Of a stretch of DNA of 64,000 bases, positions 15,316-29,319 are shown in pieces. How positions within the stretch are numbered: position 1 is the first letter of the stretch; every line of letters begins with the position of its first letter. Under the pieces are notes generated by a model. The model was given only the letters and a program-made list of their open reading frames with translations. It was not told the origin of the DNA and made no database searches. This stretch comes from Harriotta raleighana. Taxonomy: Eukaryota. The DNA is taken from NCBI GenBank assembly GCA_050575255.1, contig JBNZDD010013642.1:1829901-1893900 (forward strand), written 5' to 3'. The position numbers were made by a program, and so were the translations under genes.

Positions 15316-15383
15316 AACAACAACAACAACAAAATTACATTTGAATAGCACCTTTCAAGTCAGGAGGACATCCTAAGGCACTA
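15316..15383 (-). mobile_element. L2 3' tail-only fragment
   Basis: (AAC)n aaaattacatttgaatagcacctttcaagtcaggaggacatcctaaggcact matches the L2 end at 46623. Confidence 0.75.
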
Positions 15384-15814
15384 GAATGCGACTCATTACC
15401 TGTTAAGCAGTGTGACAAGTAAAATAGAGTCCCTTATTGATATTTTGTATGGGACATTGCTGGGATATTGACAACAGAGTGACTCAAGTGGTTGAGACAA
15501 GTTCGGCCAAGGTTGAGTTATCAGGAGTTTACTCTATGTCTAATTTCTAGGACCTTGTATCATATTTTCATCTCTTCAAATCTTGTCTACACTTTTCCAC
15601 TTTTTCTTTAGCCAATAATGTTTAACTAGAATTTCAAGCTTGCTTAGTGTCATACCATTGCTCCACTTTTAATCTTCTCCAACATTTAATCATCTGGAAA
15701 TGAGCCATTTATGGATGCCATTAATATTTATGTGCTTCTCTTTCTGATGTCATTACTTTCTTGTTCCGGTGCTGCTGTCCTCAATCCAATGGAGAGGCCT
15801 TTCAACCCACCTGC

Positions 15815-15950
15815 TCTGGTTCTGATAAAAGGTTACACCCAAAATGTTAACATATCCTTCTCTTTTCAGATGCTAATTCACCTGCAACATTTGCAACATT
15901 TTCTGTGTGCATTGCAGCATTTTCCTTTGCAGATTTCCAGCATTTAGTTT
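15815..15950 (+). mobile_element. Penelope-like terminal remnant with decayed hammerhead core
   Basis: ttCTGATAAaaggttacacccAAAAtgttaac...cagatgct...cacctgc...catttt resembles the reverse complement of 55727-55830. Confidence 0.5.
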
Positions 15951-16901
15951 TATCTTTTTATCGAAACCATTAAAATACTTTTCTGTGTGATACAACAGTG
16001 TATAATCACTGTTTCATGTGTGCATTAAACTGTTAGTACATTAGAGAGTGATTAAGCAGATGTGTAGCTTCTGGCAGCTGTAGACCTATGATCTGGTATT
16101 CAGTTTCCAGTCAGATGGAGAGGAAATGAATTCTGGTAGTCTGTAATATAGGTGAAGTGCTGTGTTATGGGGATATTTATAAATAAAGATTTTCTTGTAT
16201 ACATGATTGATTTAACTTTTGAGCAATAACAGCCATCCGGGAAAAATTGACAAAATGTAAATTAAATAGCTTTTTGTTCATAAAATGTAAGTAGTATGTT
16301 ATTTCAACTATTTTTAAAATGCTAATATTTTAGTTTCCATCAGTTTTGTAAATTGGGTTGGTCAGAAGGAAGCATTAAAGCATTTATAATTATCCCTTTA
16401 AATGATTGTTTTTCAGTGCTATTCAAGTGTAATTTTGTTGTTGTTGGTTTATTCTAAACCACATCTTATAAGAAGATGAATAGCAGTGTCAATGGCAAGA
16501 AAATAATATGTTGATGGGAGGAATTAACTTAAAAACAACATTGCATAGATTCACAGCTTTATACCAGGCTCAGGTCCTCCCAACACCCCACTCCTCCCTA
16601 ACCTTAGGGAGGTTTGTACTTGCCCATAGCAATGCATATCAGATCGAGAAGTCAACAGCATGGGGGTGGTGAATTGTATGTGAGTTCTTTCCCTCTACAG
16701 CAGGATCCTGCCTGGTGTAAACCTGTGTTGAACTTTTGAAAACCTGGGCCATCCACATTCTGTGAACCCCAGGGACCACAATGAGGTCAGCGTTGATGAG
16801 ACGGACAGATAAATTAAGAGAATTAAAGAACTAAAGAACTAAAGATTTTACTCTTAATTGGGTTCATCCTGCTCTTTTTTTCATGTGGCGTTGCTGATTA
16901 A

Positions 16902-17096
<195 letters not shown>

Positions 17097-20000
17097 CAGA
17101 CAGGTAATCAGCGTAACAGAAACCACTCCAACAGCCTCAGCTCAGAATAGTGCGAAGACATTGGAGTACGTTGCAAGGAAAATAACATTGTTATATTAGA
17201 GATAAAATGACCCTTAATTGTTTAAAATTCAACACACATGCTTATTTTAGAATAGGTGTCAGAGTTGATTTACTGTCTTAATTGTTATGAAGGTTTTGGG
17301 TGGATAGCAGGAAGTGAATTTGATTACTGTACACTGATGCACAAGTGCAAAGGTCTTTGGGGACAATAATTTCATTCCATCCAAAGTTATGTCTTTAAGC
17401 TGACTGACATGAATTTATTATGAAATATGGCAGTATTATATTTCTGCTGTCCGTCCGGTATGTATGAATACCTCGTTATGATTTGCAAGTTTGTCATCCA
17501 GTTCCAACTGCTGTGCTTCTATTATAAAAGTTGCTGATAATGTGGTCCTGAAAAGTTATAGCATTATTGCAATAAAGAACCAAGACAATGTGCAGCTGTC
17601 CCATGATGTTGCAAAACATTTTTTTTGTAGTGATTGGAAACTAAAATCACATTTGTTGCTCTTGTCATGTACTGTATTTATTTCAAATTCGATTTTGTCA
17701 TTTTATTGCAGAGAAATAAAACAATATTTCAGGAAAAACATCAAACAAGATTGTGTACATTGTCCTGGTCTTTGTGGCGAAAGGGATAGTTATTTATTGC
17801 ATGGAATCAAACAAAATGTTTTTAAATGGGTCCCATAGTGCTAAATGTACAACTTGCTGCACATGTGTTCATTCAGGTTTGAAGGTTATTCTGTAGTGCC
17901 ATTTTTTTCATGTGTGAGGACAACATGATGTTTTCAAACTTTAGAAAAGAGCTATTGGTGCAATGCTATATTGGACCATACAATAATCATTGCTGTGGTT
18001 GTGATGAGTCCCCATAAAGGGAGCATGGAACTGAATGTAAAGCTGTGTGCTTTCATCACATTTGAGCTACTATATTCCAGCATAAAATCCACACTGGATC
18101 ATTTATTGTTACTATTAGCAAATAGAACCAGCTTCAAATGTTTCTTAGAATTCAAAATGATATGATTCTGTTAGGATTTGTTTCAAAAATTTCAGGATTG
18201 GGCCATTTTATGTGCTAATTTCTCAACTAACTGAATTCCTCACATCTACTAATCTATCCATTGAAGAGTATTACATATTGTTGCAAAATATTGGATTTCA
18301 CGTCCTAAACAGCGTTTAAGTATATATTTTTAAAAAGGTTACAAATGTCTTACCTACAGTATGTCTTGTAATTAAAGTAATTTATTTTGGAACATAGATA
18401 CCAGAGTCATAAACACATCTGCAGATGGGTGGTTACATGGCAGCTAAGGTACCATATTTGCCTGAAAATTACTATTCTATTTAATTTCAATTCCAACTGT
18501 ATATTCTACTGCATAACTCCCAACATGCTGCAAATAGCATAGTTAACTATTTTTGGTGGCAAGTCCATATGGCTGGAGCTGTATAAAATATTTGATGTAA
18601 ACAGATTTACAATGGTAAGATAAGCAAAATACTGTATCAGCAAAAAGTTTCTATAGAAATCGTACAGCTAATCTAGATATTTAAAACTCAAGTACAGTAC
18701 TGTGTTTAGTTATGCTTTACTCAGCAGAATCATTATTCACTGTACTACAAAATGATTGTTTATTAATTTAGCAAGTAATAGACCATTTATACAGTATTTC
18801 ACAAAACCACCTTAACATGGAGGCAACACATTTGAAATGTTTAAATTTAAAATACCTGTTTAATGAATTTGACCTCACTTTGACTTTTAATGGCAAATTT
18901 TATTTAAACAGTAACTATTATTATCAATGATTTGATACACTCGAAACTTATAGCAGGTGTGGGTATCAAGCCATGCTCAGTTAGTGGGCCAATGGCTGGC
19001 TATCTCCCTTGAACAGAGCAAGGTTTCATTGTAATGCAGTTTGAAAGGTGACTTATTTGTTACATGACACAACATGGTACTTGAGAACAGAGCAGCCATG
19101 CCTGTGTCAAGTACCTTAATTGGGTAATTCTACTTCATGACGTATTTTAAAACAATGCGAGCTACAGGGTTATAGGGCTAAAACATGTGATACCACACTC
19201 CCACATGAAAGAAAAAGAAAATCAGGCCACTTTGTGCATGTCACAATTATAGATGTACTGTTTTTGCTTCAGAAACAGTAAATGTTGCTCCCCATGATGA
19301 ATATCGGAATAAATCACTTAACATTTCTTATGGGAAAAAAATAACAAGGTACATTCAAGATATTGAACTGCTATTTTATGCAATAGATCTAAATGGATAG
19401 GAACTGCTTTGAACTAAGTTTATTTATAACATGACTGGCTTTTAACTATTACGAGAGGAAGCAGTGGGCCTTCGGAAGCAATTTAATGATAAGGGTATAG
19501 CTCATGTAGGTTAAACTGTATAATTAAAGGTTCCTTTGGATTTATTTGTAAAGAGCATGGCTTGAATGAGACAGACTAGCAGATATTTATCAAATTACCA
19601 TTTCAAATTCCATTGTGATAGTGCAGAGTGGGGAAATATAGATATCAAGCAACTTTGCATTTAATCTATTGATCAGCTATTTGCAAATTTTTTTTATAAC
19701 AATCAAAATTGGGAATTAAAATAAAGCCTTTTCCAGTCTATTTCTGGAAATGGTCCTATAATTTTCAATACCAGTCAAATGGAGTATCACAGTGGGAACT
19801 AGACTGATTTATTCTTCATAGCTTGTGTATCTTGTGCCTGTTCTTGAATTTATTGTGCATGATGTGAAATGTCTTGTATACCTACTCCATACTGACATGT
19901 AAACTTGCAAATTTGTCGTATATTGTGTTGCCATGTTTAGCAGTGTTGAAAATCAGTATTATTTCTCTGTACAAATTCTTTCTGAGAGAATTCAATTGTT

Positions 20001-20125
20001 CTTGGACTTAAAGTGTTTTTATAGATGTTCCAATGTTTTTAACTCTGCATAACTGACCTTTAAGATGAACCAGCTCTTATCAGACCTTTTGCAAGCAGGT
20101 AAATAAATGAGCATCACGACCAATT
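17097..20125 (+). other. GPATCH2: Putative GPATCH2 3' UTR
   Basis: About 3 kb of AT-rich sequence after the stop with no recognisable transposon, unlike the flanks. AATAAA at 17571, 17715, 19308, 19720 and 20102. The end point is inferred. Confidence 0.55.
20102..20107 (+). terminator. Candidate distal polyadenylation signal
   Basis: AATAAA followed ~15 nt later by CA and a GT/T-rich element (ttgtttgtaattattgctgtt); TGTA motifs upstream. Confidence 0.5.
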
Positions 20126-20407
20126 GTTTGTAATTATTGCTGTTCATAAATCAGCCCTCACATACTTTATACTCAACTCGGCATGCATTTTAGTTTTGAA
20201 GTTTAATGTGTCTTTCGTCAGATTTATGGATGCTTATTTGACGGAATGCAAACAATTCCTGCAATGGGGGAGCATGGTATCATTTCCCATAGACTTGCCA
20301 CATGCAGTTTCAAAACCATAATTTCTCAGGAGGTGAGAATATCAATATCAGCCACATTTATATGGGAAGCTATCTTAAGGTGGATAGAGCGAGAGACAAT
20401 ATCAAAA

Positions 20408-20409
<2 letters not shown>

Positions 20410-20438
<29 letters not shown>
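20410..20438. repeat. (GT)n microsatellite
   Basis: Perfect dinucleotide run. Confidence 0.95.
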
Positions 20439-20704
20439 CAAATGCTAGAGGAAGGGAAGGAGATTTTGAATCCCCTGGAGATAAATCCATATTTATTATG
20501 ATGGAACATGAGAAATGCGCACTTTGGATCAAATGGTGGGTTGCAGGGTTATGGAACACAGTATGTTCCATATGACAGATTTGATCCTTTATTTATTTCA
20601 AAGGTATCAATCTGACTGGCCGTTCTCGGAAAGCTTTGAGACCAATCCTTCAGCATTTAAAGAATATTATTATTTTCTTGCTATCAACCGTTTTGCAGCA
20701 ACAG

Positions 20705-20776
20705 CAACGACAACAAACAACCAAATTACATTTATAGAGCGCCTTTCACGTCGGGAGGTCATCCCAAGACGCTGAA
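20705..20776 (-). mobile_element. L2 3' tail-only fragment
   Basis: aaattacatttatagagcgcctttcacgtcgggaggtcatcccaagacgctgaa. Confidence 0.75.
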
Positions 20777-20931
20777 AGCATCAGCAAGCACGGTTGATGG
20801 CACCCACCTGTCGTGCAAGCTATGTGTGGGAAGTCATGTTAAATGCAATGCTTTTTGTGCATTGTACAGAAAGTGAAACCCATCAGTCTGGCCACCCAGA
20901 AGTTGGATTTGATTTACATGGGAAGCTGGCC

Positions 20932-20979
20932 AGTGCAAGGAACCCTAGGCACCATAGTGCAAGGAACCCTAGGCACCAT
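20932..20979. repeat. Perfect 24-bp tandem duplication
   Basis: agtgcaaggaaccctaggcaccat occurs twice in tandem. Confidence 0.9.
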
Positions 20980-21668
20980 GCGGTGCCTTGCCTAAGTGGT
21001 TCTATTCATGTATTAGCCTTGAATGTGAGTGTCGGAAAACTGTCCATTTGTAAGGGACATAGCAGCCAAGAAGCCCTGTCTATCTTCATTTGGATGATCA
21101 CACACGTATGTCTTTCCAGTTCAAGTGAGAACCCTCACTAATCTTACCATCTCAACTATCGACACCGAAGGTATTCAAGCCATGTTGTTTCCGAAAATAT
21201 AAATGATGAGTTTGACACATCAAGTCATTTATTTAACACCATGGTGTTTAATTAACATTGTGGGAAAATGGCAGTCAAAGGAGAATTTCCAGGTAGGTAG
21301 TTGTGGAAACCACCAAGCTCCAATAAAGCTACTGGGATGTCCTCTTGCTGTGAAAGGCACTTTATTTGTTGTTTATTGTTGGTGTAGCAACATGCTGTAT
21401 CTTAGCTTGGGGGAATGCAGATTCCTGCCTAAGCTTGGCCAAGCCATTGGTCAGAGAGTTGAGATGCAATGAATTTAAGATGCTGTAATCTCAACAATTA
21501 TGGGTCAGTTTTCATTTTGAATTTAGCCCAGATGTATACAACAGAGAATTAACCTTCAGTTCCTTAGGTTCATGAAATTAAATTCAATCCAAACTAAAGG
21601 GGAAATTTTTTTTTGTGGGAAAGTTAATTTTTCATATTATTAACCCTCTCTGTTGAAATAACCAACTA

Positions 21669-22037
21669 CAGTAAAACCTTGTTTATCCATCACGCTCAGG
21701 AGGTCGACTAATTGACGGTGCCGGATAAACGGGGGACAAGTTGCCGAAAATCTAACATAAAAAGTTAACTTATTTTAAAACATACCATGTTAATAATACA
21801 CTAAATAGTAACAGAATATTGTGCGGATACCTACCAATAAAGCATTCCAGCACAGTCAGTAAAAAGATCGATAAAGAAGCATTTTTTACCGATCGGTAAA
21901 AAATCCAATTGCATAAATTTGGACACATGTGCGCATGCGCAAAGTGAGCAAACTCGCAATTCCTGGAATGGGGAATTGCCACGGGAGGGGGTCGAGCAAT
22001 CCGGTTGATCGAGTCACGGATAAACAAGGTTTTACTG
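21669..22037. mobile_element. Tc1/mariner-like MITE, copy 3 (369 bp)
   Basis: TA|CAGTAAAACCTTGTTTATCC ... GGATAAACAAGGTTTTACTG|TA: perfect 20-bp TIR with TA duplication. Confidence 0.92.
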
Positions 22038-22245
22038 TATTTATTTGCAAGCTGCCACCACTATCCGGCCTTCCGTGATATACATTGTACGTCGAGAATT
22101 AAACAACCAATCTTGGTCCCACTGAAATGGTGTCACATTGGTTCCCCAACGCAGGAGGTATTTCTGGTCTGTTAAGAATTACATTTTGATAACCCTGTCT
22201 GCTGCACTTGACAACAGGCCCTGTGGAGTTCATGCAGCACCTAAA

Positions 22246-22300
22246 ACAATAACAACAAAATTACACTTGTATAGCACCTTTCATGACAGGAGGACATCCC
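22246..22300 (-). mobile_element. L2 3' tail-only fragment
   Basis: aacaataacaacaaaattacacttgtatagcacctttcatgacaggaggacatccc. Confidence 0.72.
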
Positions 22301-23473
22301 TATGGTGACATACTAGAAGGTCACATTGGAGTGATAAGGACTTGAGTTCTCACACAATTCCTTCATTTTAGCCTCGTCCATTGGGAAGAGATTCTGACAA
22401 AAAGCAAAGTGGATCAATAGCCATGAAAGAAAAATTAGAATATGTTCATCTGGGTGGTGTTTACCTACTTCCAAATTAGTGGTTCACAGAGTGGTAATAA
22501 CACATAAATAGATAGGATCATGCACTTGGTTCTTGTCGAGGAATATAATGTGGTCTGAGGCTGCAGTAATTAACTAGGAATATAAGGAAGTTCCCACTGC
22601 TGAATAGGAACTTCCTAACTCTAGCTCAACCTACTTTCACAGGAGAGTTCCCACTAGTTGGCAATAAATGGGTGACATACCTGTAATAATAATAATAGTT
22701 ACCAAAATGAGTCCCCCATTCAGTTTTCATATTAATCATTGTAAATCACCATAGATTAGGCCATTAATGTGCTCTCAAGTAATCCAAAAGAAGGATAATG
22801 TCAAAAGGAAGTGTATGTCCACTTCTAGGGTTGGAGAGCACCTGTGGATAGATGCCTGGGAACATTTTTTGACCATGTTAATCTATGCCACCAGATGGAG
22901 TGCTTTGCTATGATGAGCAGCAAATGGGAAGAAGAGAAAAATGGGGAGAAAGTAGTATGATTGACCTGGTTTAACACCTAGGGCATTGTTTGCTGGCCTG
23001 TTACAGTGGGGTTCAACTCACTTATTCAAACCTGCTGCCTTAGATAGGCATTGATATCAATTAATAAGATCAAGGAAGTAAAGCAGTCAATTCAGAATGC
23101 AGAAATGTATTTTACAACAATATGTAATTTGTGCACCAATTTAGCATCAATCAGAAAAAGGCAGATTTGGTGTTAAGGTGCATCTACATTGTATTAATGG
23201 AAAATCACACTTTCTGATATGGGATTAGCTCAATAGGAAACCGTTGCCATTCATGGACTAAAAATATAATTTGAGCCAATTATTCAATTAAATTAAGTAA
23301 AGGGGCATTACTTTTATGCCACAGGTTTTAAACGTCAAACATAGATGAGACAAGGCTTTAATCATGAATCTGTTGTCTTGATTGAGGCCATGGAAATTGT
23401 TGCAGTATGGGGACAATAGTGAAAGAGTATCGTGACAATAACAGAAGAGATGAACCAGGGTTGGATTTTAGTA

Positions 23474-23867
23474 CATTAAAACCTTGTTTATCCGGCACGC
23501 TCGGGTGGTCGACTAATTGACTGTACCGGATAAACGGGGGACAAGCCGCCAAAAACCCAACATAAAAAATTAACTTATTTTAAAACATACCATGTTAATA
23601 ATAGACTACATCGTAACAGAATATTGTGTGGATACTTACCAATAAAGCATTCCAGCACAGTCGGGAAAAAATCGGTAAAACAGCATTTTTTACCGATCGG
23701 TAAAAAACCCAAGTGCATAAGTTTACTAAGTGCACATGCGCATGCATTGCACACATGCTCAAAATAAGCAAACTCGCGATTCTGGAATGGGGAATTGCTC
23801 TGGGAGGGGGTCAAGCAATTGAATCAGGTTATGGTTGATCGGGTCACGGATGAACAAGGTTTTACTG
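23474..23867. mobile_element. Tc1/mariner-like MITE, copy 4
   Basis: TA|CATTAAAACCTTGTTTATCCG ... CGGATGAACAAGGTTTTACTG|TA; collinear with copy 3 along its whole length, same orientation. Confidence 0.9.
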
Positions 23868-24767
23868 TACTATGAAATGGCATGTTGACCACTTTGTTCA
23901 AAGAAGTTTAAAGATTGGTTCTGGTTTGTAAAATAAATAGTAAAAGAGAGATGCCAAACTTGCAACTCCTGACTAGAAGGAAATCCTCATACCTTTGCAC
24001 CACACATGGCTATAAACATTGACAGTAACTAAATTTTTAATCGCAAGGTTTTTCCGGACAACTATGGGTGATTTTACTACCAGCCAGGATGCAGTATCTT
24101 ACTGCATTCAGGAATGGCTCACTTTTCTGGCAGGTTCATTGATATCTTCACATGTAGTGGACACATGAGGAGATGTGGATAGCTTTGGTCAATCTGAATG
24201 GTCTACAGCAACCAACTGTTAATACAGTTGACTGCCAAAATAGCCAAAATCTGCATGTGAATCTTTTCACTTTATATCCCAGTTACCTAAGAATTTTGAA
24301 GACTACATGAAACAGGTTCATTGCATCTTTTAACCTCAACCCCCAAAACAGCTGTGAGTCAACATAATCGGGTGCTATAACAATATACTTTTTATCATAA
24401 AAGCACAGATTTGTATGACTGAAGTACTTGAGCTGCTTGGAGTGTGACCTACTCAAGGTTTCTAATTTAGTTGTGTTGTGCCTCATGCTGTTATGAGGAT
24501 ACATTAATATCCTGGCAGTGAAGAGGAAGGAACTCCAAGAGTCAGTGTGGTGGAAGTTGATGCACTCACATTAGTGTGAGAGCTTATTGGCAACTTCACT
24601 AAACAGCAGTTGAATTAAAATCACTTGTGCCAAGGGAAGTGAGCAAGATTGCCACCTAACATTTCATCTGCAGATGCATGTTTATTGAATCATCACAATA
24701 TGGGTTACCTAAAATACCCCCTCAAGTCTTTACTTCATCCAAATGACAGCTCAGTATCCACTGTTAT

Positions 24768-25520
24768 ACAAAATTACATTTATAACGCGCCTTTCGTGTT
24801 GGGAGGGCATGCCAAGGCACTAGACAGTCAGGGATTAGGACCCGAGCTGGAGGGTGGGGCTTGGGGCAGAGAAGATTGGACGGTGGCCGAAGGCATGGCC
24901 AAAAAGGAGGTTCTTGATGCGCCTTGGAGGTAATGGAGGGAATATGGAATGGAGTTCAAGAGAGTGGTGGACAGAGAGGCTGAAGGCCCGACCACTGATG
25001 GTAGAGCAGGCCGGGTGGGGGACATGAGCAGGTCAGAAAAGAATGATTAAGGGGTTAGCAGGTCAGAGAGAAAGAAGAGACAGGGCAATGCAGGGCTTTG
25101 AAGGTGAGGATGAGAATTTTGAACTCAATCCTCTGAGGGATGGAGAGTCAGTGGAGCCAGGCGAGGGTGGGGGTGATGGGTCACACATGTTGTGGGGAAC
25201 GAAATGAGCTGCAGAGTTCTGGATGATTGCATCTTATGGAGGAAAGAGTTGGGAAGGCCAACGAGTGCAGTTTTAGTGACCTGAAGGATGAGGCAGTGGC
25301 ACAATTGGGTAAAATTACAGAGGTCGGGGAAGGCAGAGCAATCATGGCACGGATGTGGAAGGTCAGTTGAGGTGGACCCTGTATCTGGATGTTGATGCTG
25401 CCAGTGCCTGAGGTGCAGAGGCGCTAGTGCGAGCCAAGCAAGAGTGCCTCTATCTTGCTGACATTTAACTAGAAAGTTGGCACTCATCCAGGACATTGTT
25501 TGGTAGAAGACAGTGACACC
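24768..25520 (-). mobile_element. L2 LINE 3' fragment, decayed
   Basis: L2 tail at the left end; the minus-strand remnant SWMSANF is typical of post-RT L2 ORF2; homologous to 57069-58090. Confidence 0.8.
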
Positions 25521-28500
25521 AGGTGATTTTCATTGAAGGAAGCCAGAGATTCTTGTTTGTATATGGAAGTTCAACTTCAATCTAAGAATGAGGAAGACTA
25601 CTCACAGTGTTGGTAATCTTAACGTGCCCAATATTGACAAATGTTATGGTAATTTTGGATCTCCCGTCACTCACTGTTGGAATAATATTTATGTATGCCT
25701 TTGCCATATGACTTGAGCACAGTTCCATCAAAGTTTGTACGGTGGCTGCATTTATTTTTCACAAATCTTGGAATGGGAAGTGGTGACAGAATCAGGCTGC
25801 GCTGTAATTATCTTTGGGAACATTTAAACCTCAATGATGTCCTGCATTATCAGCCTTGTCCCTTCATTTCATTTAACTTCATTTAAGTTCTCAATAAAAT
25901 CCTACAACAAAATATCAGACTGGAGGCAGACAAAACTCACAACATCAATCTTGTACACAAGCCAAAGAATATTCTGAATCAGTTTGCAGGTTCAGAGAGA
26001 AGGCCTTGTGGACCTAAGAGCCTGAAATTAGCTCCATGATCACTCGCAGGTTTGCTCTGCCACAGGGACTTGCTGCCAGTTTAAGGCCAACCAATGCCAG
26101 AACAAAGCAGGTGAGTGAAACATCTGGATTTTCAATTCATGTCATCATGCCAGCTGCTGTTTCATACTTCAGCTTTGGCCTAGGTAGTCACTCTGAATCA
26201 CCTCCAATCGTGAATGTAATCCCAAACAACACTAATAAAGTCAAAGGTAAGTCAAAGGTAAGTTTGGTTGTAGTTCAAATCAATTCTACAGTGTATAGTA
26301 GAGATCTCAGTAACTGGAACTTACTGAGTAGTAGTCCATTTCTGTATTGTTGATTTTATGCTTTTCTAAAATCCATGCCAACTGGATTGCCAATGCAGCC
26401 CTCCTGAAAATGTTTCAGTGTTTAATAGGAATTATAGACGTTCTATCCAAGCTACACTTTGAAATCTGTAACTACAACAATAACATTTTATATAATATAA
26501 GTTCTGCCTGTATTCTACCCCCGTCATTTGGTGCAGCTTTATTCCTGCAAATGGGTTACTTGTCGAAAAGAACAGCTGAAACATGGCATTAACTTGGCCA
26601 TTGTATCTAAAGACACAGGTTCTATACTAGAACAATCGACACAGAGCTAATTAATCAGTTTGAGGTCTCTTATAAAGAACCTGCACATTCAGCTACTATG
26701 GCAATTAGAAGATACATTTATTACAATGCATATGGTGTCTGCTTGAATGTAGAGTAAATTCCTCAAATCTACTGGCTCTTTTTGTTGAAACAGCATCTTG
26801 GACTGTTAAGTGCTTGAGGAATTAGGAGCCGTGTGTGCCAGCCAACCAAATTGCTGTATTCTAATAAGCTGCATAATTATTTTGTTTTCCACTGTGGACA
26901 GGCGCATTTCACAGCTGGATAGAAACCAACTGCTTGTCAACTATCATTGCTCTAACTGGGCAGATCATGTTATAAGAAGAATGCCTGGATCACTCTGTGT
27001 TATAGATATCTCGAACTGTGAGCCTTGTGAATCACACAGTATATTTACACTCTGATCGGTCATCAGACCAAAGGATTTGCTTTAGCTGCGTTCAATTCTA
27101 CGGGAAGTTGCTTCCAACATTAACTACCCATTCCTTTTGCTTTGTTTTTTTGTGTGCTGCAGTTGAGATGCAATTGTCAACTGGACCATGAAGGCCCCTT
27201 CTGCTAGTCTCCTACCAAGCACAGACGCATTACTTTGTGCAGCCTGACATTTTGAGTTGTTCTGGCTTCTGTTCTTCACAGTCAGCAACACTAAATGCCA
27301 GTTCTCCATTTGTATGATCTAGTATTCCAGCACTTGGCCTTTCCCTATATGCTGTTTGTTCCTCTGAATGTTTGCATCCATTTTTACATTTCTACACTGC
27401 ATAAATCATTCAGCTGCTCTATAAATATTATCGGTGGTGGATCAGAAGTTAGCATTCACATCCATATGGTTCTGAAGTTACAGCATCACTTTATATTTGA
27501 ACTGTTTTAAGTAAACAAAAACATCATCACGTATCATGGAAGATGCATGCCCATTTTCTGCTGGGGTCAATTTAATTTATTTCAAATTAACCAACGAGTG
27601 ATCTCATGCTGATTGAGAAGGACTATTAGTAACTTGATTATAGCAGTAAAAATGAAATTACTTTTATAACAAAGTGATCAGGATGAAATAATTACAGAAT
27701 TTCGAGGACATTGTAGTTTATTAGGGAGCTCTAAAAGGACTCGCTACTAAGCTGCCCCTGTGGCTATCTGTCTGAGCATCACTGTCTGTCACAGTGATCA
27801 ATAGCAGCAGTAATATCTCACCTACATCAATGAAATTCACTGAAGTGTTAGATTAATAGAAACAAAAAGTCAAGAATGAATTTCAGATTATTCAGAGTTC
27901 AAGAACAGTCAAAATTAAACTTTTAAATCATTACCAAGCCAATATATTTTGTTTCATGGTATCAAGCCACAGGGATATGGTCAAAAATACATACAAGATG
28001 AGTTTATCATGCAATATATTAACATGAAGTGATGACTTTTTTTTGCATAGAAACAAAAAGAATAATTATTTGTGGTACAGTATTCTCAAATAGCATTAAT
28101 GAATAGGTGGAATTGGGGATATTCTGAAAATTAACCTCACTACAAATTAGCACACTTCTACCAGGTAGCTTTTTGAAAATTCATTGAAGAGGACGTTGTA
28201 AGTGTAAGTGAGGCATGGTTTGGAATACCATACAGAGCATTTGGTTTATTGCACTATCTGTAAATGTAGTACTTTGCCAACTCTTATCATATTCAAGATG
28301 GAGTTTGGAAACCTGACTGCCAGTAGATTTTTGTTTGCTCTTGTATCGCGTTGGCTCCTTATGTTATTTCCACGCAGAATACAGTACTTCCATATTTTGG
28401 CAAAAGTAGAATGAGATGGCATAAAAGTAGACCATACACCATTGTAGATTGGAGCTCCATTCATTCTTCACCTCTTGGACTTGGCTTGAATTCAGAGATC

Positions 28501-29319
28501 AAATGAAAGCCCTATTTCCTGTTGGCAGTTCAAAAACCTAAATAAATAGACTTAGTAATTATAGTGCAGTGGATATGATGCTACACTTCAATTTTGTCCC
28601 CCCAATAATGGATCATGGGTTCAAGCCATAATGTTGCCAGTCATTTGAGTTCACCTACCTCTCTTGGGAATCTAACATGTTAGTTTTCTGTTTGGCTGGT
28701 AAATGGAGTTCCTTGTTAATGCAGAGCTCTTAAGAGTGAGAAATCTTCCATAGCCAGTGTGCTTCACTACAGTGTACTTCCTGTTGATCAATCATGCAGT
28801 ATTGGAGGAACAGTTTTCAATCATGACTATTCAGGTTAAGGAGGAATAAGTGCTTTTCAAGAAAAACTTTAAAAAGAATAATATTCCTCTCTCCCCTCTT
28901 TTCTTTACCCCCCACCCTCTCTCATCCTCTTCTCACCCTGCATAATTATTTTATTTATTTATGAGACGTGATTAGAGTTAGACATGGACAGATCTGATGT
29001 GCTAGCATTACAGCTGCACTTAGAATTATAATGCCGCTCAGTACTCACTTATACGTGACTAGAACCACAAACCTGGGATAAAGCAATGTTTTTAAAAGGA
29101 TAGTGCTCTTCTGAGGTTGAGCTTTAAACACAAGGGACCTATTTTTCTCTGAGGTCCAGAAGGGGGAAGGGTATTGTTTCCTAAATCTTTATTCCTTTTC
29201 AAATTGATGTATTTTAAATATATACTTTTGAAAGGAATGACTTTTGGGGGGATTTGGGCCTTTCCAATGACTAGCGTCATGGCATTCATGTGGTTCAAGC
29301 TGTCATTTGTCTCATTCAT

